Assembly: GCA_004431415.1 (NCBI GenBank)
Contig: QPMI01000513.1
Location: 130,889-194,888, forward strand
Reading direction: 5' to 3'
Origin: Cyanophora paradoxa CCMP329
Taxonomy: Eukaryota; Plantae; Glaucophyta
Length of the DNA stretch: 64,000 nucleotides
Part shown: positions 55,595 to 64,000 of the stretch, one piece after another
How the letters are laid out: each line of letters starts with the position of its first letter
Position numbering within the stretch: the first letter of the stretch is position 1
Position numbers and translations under genes: made by a program
The notes under the pieces: generated by a model
What the model saw: the letters and a program-made list of their open reading frames with translations, nothing else
The model's database searches: none
What the model was told of the DNA's origin: nothing

Positions 55595-57057
55595 CCAGAC
55601 AGCCGACTGAAGCAATCACATGCAAACCTTTTTTTTCGGTCTTTCCACTAATGCAGGGAATCGGCATTGTAATAGTCTCTGAATCAGCATATCCGACCAG
55701 ACGTTGGCGGATTGTGTACTCATAGTTAATAAACTTCTGGATGTGAGCTCCTTTTTTGGGCAGAACATCTCGTGCGTGTTCATCGCGTTCGAGACAGCGG
55801 TCATATTTAAGATGATTTTCAAATGCTTGATCTGAGCTAAAACCGACCTGGCAGGCTAAGCAATAGTGCTTTGCATTTGATTCGTTCTTTCGGAACAGTC
55901 GTGAGACGCTCTTAATCCAGAGGTAATGCCCAACATCGTTTCCCTCCCCAGCCGCACATACAGTATTGGATTGCGTCTCTCGCAGCACTGATATGGATTG
56001 GTATGATATCCTGCTTATCTAGAGCAGTTGTATAAACGCAGAGTTTGACGTTATTTGCTTGCTCGAATTTGGTGAACATCCTCGAGTCAAGCGGTGTCGG
56101 ATATGTAAGCATTGAGCAGTCCAGCGATGTCTCGTGCTGGCGGTAGTTCCTGCATGCCGAGAATCAACACCTTCGCCAATGGATTGCGAGCAGAAAGGAC
56201 TGCGTATTTAAAGCACTCGTTGTTCGGTGCATTTATATTGATAAGCGCGTGCTTGTCTGAGAGCCATTTTGGCAGTACAAAGCCTCGGCCACGGCCACCA
56301 ATCCTTCGGAAATAGCGCACAGTTTTAAAGACCAGATACACCCACGTGTCAAATACTGAGTAATCCCTGCTTTTCTCTTCCGAGATCATGTCTAATTCTT
56401 CGAGCTGTGAACGCAAGGCCGCCTCAATGCTTGTCCCTGGTTCGATGCGATCGAAACGACGATGTTCAATAACGATAGCGATCGTAGAATCTGTCTCTGG
56501 CTTTCTGTAGACACCCAATCCAGAGATTTGTAGTGCAATGCCCATTCTTGACGTCTCTGCAAGATTTACCTGGGCGCTTACGAATGATATAGCATTCTGT
56601 TTGAAAAGTTCGTTGTTTTCAAATCTGGCTTGCATTGATGTTACACGTCCTGATCCGCGTGGTAGCTGATATTTCCACTCTGCATATCGCCCGTCAAGCG
56701 CTGTAGTCGTAGTCCCGTCGTTGATTTGAACATCATCTCCGACGTCAACCTCAGGCAGCTCGGCAAAGCCACGGACGATCTCTGCCTGCCCTCTGCGATC
56801 GCTAGCTCTAGTCGACGACCTGACACAGGACGCGTTGGTCTAGGAAGTCGAGATAGTTCGTTCAATAGTGAAGCGTATTTTTCCAACGTTGTATATCTTG
56901 TTCTCGATCCTTGCGCTGTAATTCTTAGCAATTTATTTTTGAAGGCACCATGTATGACACGTAGATTGTACAATGAAGTCGTGAGCGCTTCGATCTGGTC
57001 TTTAATACGGGCTGACCGGAAGCGCCGAGTCGCTGCATTATTCTGGGTAACGTCCAT
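55595..57057 (-). pseudogene. Element A pPolB, 5' part (frameshifts)
   Basis: LPKWLSDKHALININAPNNECFKYAVLSA, FEQANN, GHYLWIKSVSRL..HYCLAC, ExoI YADSE; continues at 28108. Confidence 0.9.
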
Positions 57058-57160
57058 TGGAAGTATATATCACAATTTTTTTGATTATTTTAAACGCAAC
57101 TTTACATAGCAATATTGGATAGAGATCTCTTTAAGACAAAATAAGATAAACCACCTGAAC

Positions 57161-57250
57161 CTAAACTTGGACTACGTCATCGGTGGGAATAATTAGCGTC
57201 TAGCTAGAACCTGAACTCGAGTATGTAATTAGATTCCGATGATATAGTAA
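57161..57250 (-). repeat. Element A right TIR, inner segment
   Basis: Reverse complement of 19785-19874. Confidence 0.93.
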
Positions 57251-59537
57251 CAAGCAGGGGGGCAAGCCCCCCCCCCCCCCCCCCTATTGACGGCATTATT
57301 AAAAGAGCAGGCAGAAGTGAATGTGCAAGTCACTTATTTTATAAGATGGCATACAGCGAAAATTCGAGATAAGCTTTGGAAGTGGAGGATCAGACTAAAT
57401 TTAAAATGGAGCCGAAATCAGGACACACTGCTTGAGCGATCGAGCAACAGACAGTAAGCCTAAGAAAGCTTTGAAAGTCGATCATAGAGTAAGTTAAAAA
57501 ATCGTACGAATCGAGCTTGCTGTCGTTAAGCTTGGCGCACAAGAAAAGGAAATGTACATTGCTGAATTCGCTAGGCGACAAGGAATCATTCAGCGCTGCG
57601 AAGGTTGGAACAACTGGGTAGAGGCATCCGTCCGTTCCGGAATCACGCATATCGTCATAGCGGTACACAAAAGGAGCATTGGTGCCGCACTGCATCATCA
57701 CGAATGCATTGAAATGTTCCTGGTATCTATTTATTGCAAAACAAATGTCAAAGGTCTAGCATGTTTGCGGCAATCAAATGAGCACACCTGCACATGAAGA
57801 GGAAGTTGTTTAAGACGATTTGGCATTGTTCGATCTCCGGCATTGATGATAAGGATCTCTGGCCACTGTGTTGCAATCCGATCTCAGAGAGTCTCTGGCC
57901 ACACGTCAACTTGATTTGACTTGACACAACAATTGTTATGATTTTCGAATATTAATGCTTCCAAAGTCGTCGAACTGGCACTTGACTGAAAGAAAAATAC
58001 AATTTTCACGATTTTCGAATATTAAAGCTTCCGAAGTCGTCAAGCTAGCGCTGGCCTATATCGGATTGCCAGCAATTAATAATTCTTGAACGCGCGTTGG
58101 CCGGTATATATATATACGTATATACTTACCGGAGTCTAACCGGACCACTTTGTAATTTGTTTTACACTAGTCGCCGGGGACTTTGCCGGTAAGAAACAGG
58201 TGACGAGCCTCGCGGAGCTGGCCTAATTAACCATCTCTGATCATGACGAAGTTGCTTTCGAATTGCCTTGTCGAATTCGCTTTTTCTAACCGTTCAATGA
58301 CGTCAAGCTGGCCTATCGGGCGCTAGCTTTCGGAGTCGTCCGTCAGATTTCGGTGTAATATTAATGGGGCCGGAAGTTGCCCGGAACGTCGACGTCCTCG
58401 CGATCGCAAATTAATAGCTAGCCTATTGCCAGGCTATTGGTTTATACCAGTTGCCACTGCCAGGCTAGCAGGCCAGCCTGGCAGCTACGGTACTAGGCTA
58501 GTGAACTTGCCGCGGCCCGGCGGCCGCTTTTCATGATCACCGGTTCAGCCGGGCCGCGCGCTAGCGGCCGCCGGGCCGCGGCCCGCGGTCCGGCGGCCAG
58601 TACATGTATACCGGTTCAGCCCCGCGGGCCGCGGCCCTAAGCTTTTTTTTAGCTATTGGTAGCAATGGTAGCATTGGTAGGTCGGTCTTCGCTTATGCCG
58701 GTTCATCCCCGCGGCCCTAAGCTTTTTTTTAGCTATTGGTAGGTCGGTCTTCGCAGGGCTTTTGTATGGCGAAGAAAGGAGTACCCCTGAGAAATCTCGG
58801 CTTTAGCAGGCGAGAAATATTTACGAAATTTTTTGTTTTGGTGAATTACCGGCCACAGCCTCTAGTCTACTCCAGCGCACTGTGGGGGCGTGTAATATTT
58901 AGGAAATTGCCCAAAACTTTTTAAGTACTATAAATATGCAGCCCACTTACTAAGTTAATATTTCTAGTTCTACAGTATTATTTAGCCTAGCGCTATAGCG
59001 GGCCATATTAGAGGCGCCGGCGCCGGCCGCCGGGCCGGCGCCCCGCCGCCGCCGGCCACTGGGCGGCGGAGTCTGGGCCAAACGCTCTGCCATATGCATG
59101 CAGGCTCAGTGGCTGTAGTGCGCTGTACATGTGCAGCAGACCGTGTTCGAACTCGAACTTCGGACTCTAAGTTCGGAGTCGGTACTACCGTAGTACCACG
59201 GTACTGCGGCGCCACGCGCCGGCGCGTACCGTAGTACGGTGGCGTACCGTACTAAAAGTAGTACGGTGCAGCAACGTTAACGCACGCGGACTCCGGAGTC
59301 GCTGAACGGACTCCCGAGTCCGGAGTCGCCCGTCGCAACGTCGGACGTCGACCGTCCGACGGTCGGACTTCCGACGTCGACTATGCCACACTGTGTTCTC
59401 ATATGCGTTAACACAACCCTAAGGTAAGTTTTCTGACCTCAATCAAACTACGAGGATTTTTGGCTCGACCGTTCCGTGAGAACTGAGTTTTTTACGGGTG
59501 TCCGCATGCGTCATAAGTAATAAGTTATAACTTAGTA
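57251..59537 (-). mobile_element. 2287-bp insertion without TSD, non-autonomous Helitron-like
   Basis: Absent from the left TIR; inserted at A|T; minus-strand 3' end GGGGGGCTTGCCCCCC-TGCTTG; 5' near-palindrome TACTAAGTTATAACTTATTA. The insertion is certain, its class is inferred. Confidence 0.65.
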
Positions 59538-59870
59538 TTACGTGTAGCATAACCCTTGAAACCTCTTTGTTTTTTAGATTCGAAATACACACAATTAACG
59601 TCTAGATGATGTTGAAGATTATTCCGAGACCGGCGCTTTGGGGTCCGCCTCAAATCATTGCTATATCTTTTGCAAGATCGATCGGTCTAGACGTTGGATA
59701 TTACTAGCGGTTGCTTGATGGTTGGTTTGGATAGGTTGTGGGTAGACGTAACGAAGGATTGGAAGAGTGTGTTGGTTGGAAGGCGTTGGAGTGTGTGGGT
59801 TGGGGTGGTTTGGAGGAGTGAGGGTGGTGAAGAGGTGCGGGCCACAGAATCAGGTCCTCTCTCATTTTTT
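59538..59870 (-). repeat. Element A right TIR, outer segment
   Basis: Reverse complement of 19334-19784 minus two 57-bp units. Confidence 0.92.
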
Positions 59871-59876
59871 TGCATC

Positions 59877-60189
59877 GAGCTGCTGCGCGCTGCTCACGAG
59901 TACGAGCTGAAGGACCTCTTTGAGCGGGCCGCGAATTTGCTGTCTGTCCGCGCACCTCACTGTCGATTGCGTCCTTTCGGCTCTCGTCTCCGCCCGCCAG
60001 ATGGAAGCCTTGGACCTCCAGCGCGCCGCCTTCGACTTCATTCGAACGAATGCGAAGGCGGTCGCCGCCTCCCATTCCTTCCGACAGATGGCGGACGCTG
60101 GGGACTCCGATCTGATTGTCGAAGTTGCCGAAGCCCTAGCCGCCGGGCCGGCCTGTCTTCGAAACCATAATTATACAATCTATAGCTAG
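59877..60189 (+). pseudogene. BTB/POZ-BACK protein, 3' half
   Basis: ELLRAAHEYELKDLFERAANLL then SAHLTVDCVLSALVSARQMEALDLQRAAFDFIRTN; frameshift at 59940-59947. Confidence 0.88.
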
Positions 60190-60741
60190 CTGAATTTCAG
60201 CTACGAGAAATGGCAGTTGCGAATGCATGTTCAAGCGAGAACGCAGACTCGATTTGATTCGCTATCACCGAAAACCATACACATATACAACGCCCGGTTT
60301 TAGACTCGGCTAATTTAAATTGATATCGTTAGTATATAACCTGTATTTATAATATATCTATCGTGAATATGTGTGTATTTTATCTGTGATATGTATTTAT
60401 TTATCGTGGTTATAGCTTCTTTTAATAAAATATGTGAAATATGTATAGTTTATGTGAAGTTTAGCTATATTCTCGATGAGTAGACTTATATATATCGTGA
60501 GTTTCATTATAGAATAGTGTGACTCAACTTAGTTTAATTATAACTTGCCTCAGTCTAAAAACGGGCGTTGTATATGTGTGTTGTTCTGAATTTTCAATGC
60601 ATAAGCGACGATCATGCGTCGTTTCATCAAAAACAACTACCATGAGCTGCATGGAACGTTCTGTATGCGGCTCTCTATAAAACAAAGTAGATCTATGATA
60701 TATTATGATTGATTCTTTTGTATTTTAATTGGTCTTATTCA

Positions 60742-61074
60742 GTGTTACAGGTGTTACAGGTTTATCCAAAGTCCGCCCTAGGAGTGGGTCTTGGTTCCCG
60801 AGTTTGGCAAGACCTGTAACACTGTAACAACGTAAACAATTATCGTGTGCTGCATGAAACATTTCGCGCGCATCGAGAGTATGTGATAGTGAATAGTTTC
60901 GCACTGAAAACGATATTACTATGATATATTAAGACTGATATTTTGTTGTTTTAATAGGTTCTTACTGAAATAGGTCAGTGTTACAGGTGTTACAGGTTCA
61001 TCCCAAACTTTGCCTAGGAGGGGTGGGGACAGGAAACTTTGGGATAGACCTGTAACACCTGTAACACCTTACTG
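60742..61074. promoter_or_regulatory. Two inverted iteron cassettes of element C
   Basis: (GTGTTACAG)x2-spacer-(CTGTAACAC)x2 at 60742-60830 (last unit imperfect) and 60978-61068, with CTTACTGA flanks. Confidence 0.6.
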
Positions 61075-61237
61075 AGAATCTATAAATTCACTTGTAACAC
61101 CTTGTTTTATGATTGTTATCAGTCTCAGGATTGAAAAAGCCCGCCCACTATGCAAGATACATGCCTTTCTTATGCATGATCTATGAAAATAACAATAAAC
61201 CCATCTCTCATTCTTCGAATTCTTCACATAGGAGCAC

Positions 61238-61486
61238 TCACAGGAATTTCGCTTGCCTTTCGAACAGTCCCCGATTAAACGCTTGCTCTACAATCGCTTC
61301 CTTTGTGAGTGGAATCGGAATTCCAGCAGCAATACACGATTTAACTTCTTTGTCCACAATCTCATCAATCGCGATTCTCGCCCTATTATGAGCCGCATTA
61401 TCGATCCAATCCTGAACAGAGTAGGCACAGTATTCCATTCCCAGTTTCTCAGTCTCAGTTAGAACCACTTGGTAGATGTTCGACAT
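61238..61486 (-). CDS. Small phage-like protein (82 aa)
   Basis: LTETEKLGMEY..VQDWIDNAAHNRARIAIDEIV; from memory, resembles small proteins that follow fibre genes in marine phages. Confidence 0.65.
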   Translation of the reverse strand: MSNIYQVVLTETEKLGMEYCAYSVQDWIDNAAHNRARIAIDEIVDKEVKSCIAAGIPIPLTKEAIVEQAFNRGLFERQAKFL

Positions 61487-61495
61487 TCTTTTACT

Positions 61496-62492
61496 TTATG
61501 TTGCAGAAATTAATTCACCAGTCCACATAGTGTAAGAATCAACGGCATTGCCGTTTAATTTGCCTGAGACTACATATATTCGAACAGTATCCCGGCAGCT
61601 AATCCATAGATAGTATTGATGGATAAATTCATAAACGCACCTGTATTAGTATATGCAAGAGCGACTGTATTACTATCATTTATTCTTAAACGAACTATTG
61701 TTGAAGTAGTGTTGTCTCCTGATATTCCTGTAAGAATGAATCTATAATGTCCGGTTATAGGAGCAGTGAATATTCCATTGTTAAATTCAAATGGTTTCCG
61801 TTGTTGATCCACGCATGCCCATAAGCTCCAATATAACTCGGACTTGCTACTATTGTAGATAAACCAACACAAAACCGTGGATGGTTTGGAGTAGCAAGAT
61901 AGGAATTTGTTCCATTGATAGTCAGACCATTCCAATTATAAGTCCAGCAACAGCCCCTGATGTTGAATTTGTTGAAGTTGCAGTGAAAGTAGAAGCAATC
62001 TTTGCCCCACCTCTCTTGATCTCAAAATTGTCATTCACCCCCACAGTATCAATAGAATTCGTTTTAATCCACCACTTGCTGTGAGTAAACCAGTGAATCC
62101 ACCCGAAGCTGAAAGGCTTCCAGTAATTGTTGCACTCCATTCACACTCAGTCCAGTCCCAATCCATGCCCACCACTGTAAACTTGAAAGCCGCCGAATTC
62201 CTATCAGCCGGATTAAAAGCCGTTTTGGAATCCTGTTGACCTTCATATAGATTTCTTTGGTGACCAGCCCGAAGAGATTGCGGTCGATTCGATACGATCA
62301 GTTCAGTAGCTTTAACGATTCCACCAGCCTTGTCAGCTCTGAGTTCTTTGACTCTGAGAATGAGGTCTCATTGAAAGAATCGGTTTTCGCTGTCTCAGTC
62401 GAAGGGAATGACTCACTTAGATCATATATAGTGTTGCACGTTGTGGACAGCACTGGCTGATAAGGAAAACACAGGGTAAACACAGTCGACAT
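61496..62492 (-). CDS. RVKELRADK-family protein with C-terminal C1q domain (frameshifted)
   Basis: ILRVKELRADKAGGIVKATELIVSN near 62290-62362; NGIFTAPITGHYRF..VRLRIN..LAAG..WTGELI. Confidence 0.7.
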
Positions 62493-62579
62493 CTTTTGAT
62501 TGTTCTTTATTATTACGTGAGAATATTATTATTATTACGTGAGAATATTATGCTACCATCTTCCCTGTTGCTATATAAC

Positions 62580-64000
62580 TCATTTGATAGTGGAAAAGTC
62601 CAATGCTTCATTGAATGCATGTTCTGCCGAAATTGTTGCATGAATAGTAAATGTTGTTGTTGTGGAACTTGTGACACCATATACCAATACATATGAACCA
62701 CCATTATATCCTTGTATCAGATTGAGAACCACTTCTGGGCTTCCGCAAATGCTTTCGGAATGTGACAACCTGTGGAAATCCAATGACCCGGACCTGTGAT
62801 TGTCAAAGATTTTGAGAATTTCCCTGTTTGTATATACTGGTCTTTATTGACACGCTGTTCTGAAACAAGTTTTGCAATCTTTGTATTATCTGTTTCATCC
62901 ATTGCATAATATGCTCTTGCGTAAGCATTTCCCCGACATAATAACGTTTTATCGTATATATTTGCGGAATTGTGGAAAAACCATTGTTCCAAATAAAGTG
63001 GCGCATTCGTTGGTAAATTTGACCGGATCCCACATACATGGTGTTATTGGCTGTAATTGTATTCGCTACAAATGGGTCTAAGGTTGGGAAATCCGTGATT
63101 TCCGATTTTGTGTGAGTATGGGCGAAGTCTGTTATATTTGCCTTGTGTGACTATGTGCGAAATCTGTGATATCTGCTTTAAAATGAGAGTGAGGACCGAC
63201 AGTCGTAGAAGCTGTTGGCTTCCCGTATATATTATTCCAATGGAGGAAACCACTGTGTGACGATATAGCGGGGTTTTTGCTCCAACCAACAGTAATCGGA
63301 CCTGGAAGATAAATTCTTCCTATTTGTCCATGAACACCAACTTTAACAAGTCCTTCACAATTTATTGCAACAAACTGTTTAAAATCTCTTACAGGATTAA
63401 TTCCAGGAGCATAGGCATTTACTCGTAAACGAGTATAAGTATTGTTTGATGGTTCAATTCCAACAACATCAAAGTATCTACTGTCATACTGACACGTATA
63501 ATAGATATAACATGATTTCATGTCTGTTGGAACAGTCCAATACATCTTACAGCTACTACAATCATCATCACCATCAATCCATGTGTTTGCCCAAGTGCTT
63601 GTGTCACCTACAAGTGGTTGCCCAACATAATCTCTCCAATCTCCTGTGCGGTCTGTGGAAATACCACTTGTAGCGTCAAAATCAGTTGGTGAAGTGTATG
63701 TTGTGTATTTATCAGATCATCATAGTTTCCAGTTGTTGCCACAGTCGCAAATGTCGGGAAGTCTGTAATTTGAGACTTTGTGTGGGTATGGGCAAAATCT
63801 GTTATTTCTGACTTTGTGTGAGTGTGTGAAAAATCTGTAATCTCTGACTTTGTGTGAGTGTGTAGATAAGGTGCGAAGGTTAATGGTCGAACATTGTGAA
63901 CATTGGTAATTCAATGCGACTAATTGGAGTGTTTGGATCTAATACATATTCAGCACCAAGGTGGACAACAGGAAATGTTTGATCATTCGGAGTAGTAACA
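62580..64000 (-). CDS. Element C fibre-like protein, 3' part (frameshifted)
   Basis: HTHTKSEITDF repeats; MYWTVPTDMKS..SRYFDVVG..GRIYL..LHWNNIYGKP domain homologous to the element B fibre. Confidence 0.75.

Larger units (their letters stand above)
19334..59870. mobile_element. Element A: endogenous Polinton-like virus (integrase + pPolB + capsid module), about 10.8 kb without inserts
   Basis: Ends AAAAAAATGAGA...TCTCATTTTTT; flanking TGCATC at 19328-19333 and 59871-59876 (5-6 bp TSD); abrupt GC drop; hallmark genes. Confidence 0.95.
60279..64000. mobile_element. Element C: left end of another Polinton-like element related to B (runs off window)
   Basis: ACACATA terminus with a 301-bp IR-bounded unit (60279-60579), GTGTTACAG cassettes, and fibre genes homologous to those of B. 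Confidence 0.85.

Noticed and set aside
57390-57797. Transposase in the 2.3-kb insert
   Set aside because: Only short ORFs with no HUH, DDE or RT motifs.
19334-59870. Bacterial prophage contamination or chimeric assembly
   Set aside because: TSDs and in-frame restoration of the host exon and of pPolB show true integration; the core genes are Polinton-type.

Overview
Eukaryotic genomic DNA, probably from a protist or alga; I cannot name the taxon. Bases 1-~19.3 kb are very GC-rich host DNA with many tiny GT-AG and GC-AG introns. They encode the 3' end of an aldo-keto reductase, a bifunctional trehalose-6-P synthase/phosphatase, a bacterial-type kinase-like/AAA/GAF sensor and a BTB-BACK gene. 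The BTB gene is split inside an exon by a 40.5-kb AT-rich nest of endogenous Polinton-like viruses. Element A (19334-59870, TSD (T)GCATC, about 10.8 kb once inserts are removed) encodes penton, MCP, ATPase, HNH-AP2, integrase and pPolB. Element B (28109-55594, 27.5 kb, 1.1-kb TIRs, TSD CCAGAC) is inserted in A's pPolB gene, and a 2.3-kb TSD-less Helitron-like insert sits in A's right TIR. A third related element C starts at about 60279. B and C share an unusual cis architecture: a ~0.3-kb terminal unit closed by its own 28-bp inverted repeat with co-varying sequence, and inverted 9-bp iteron cassettes. In B the cassette spacer occurs in both orientations. B also has an exonuclease-degenerate pPolB plus a primase-helicase, two pentons, a patatin-discoidin fusion, modular phage-like fibres and an AdoMet decarboxylase. 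Many single-base frameshifts fall in homopolymers and look like long-read errors.
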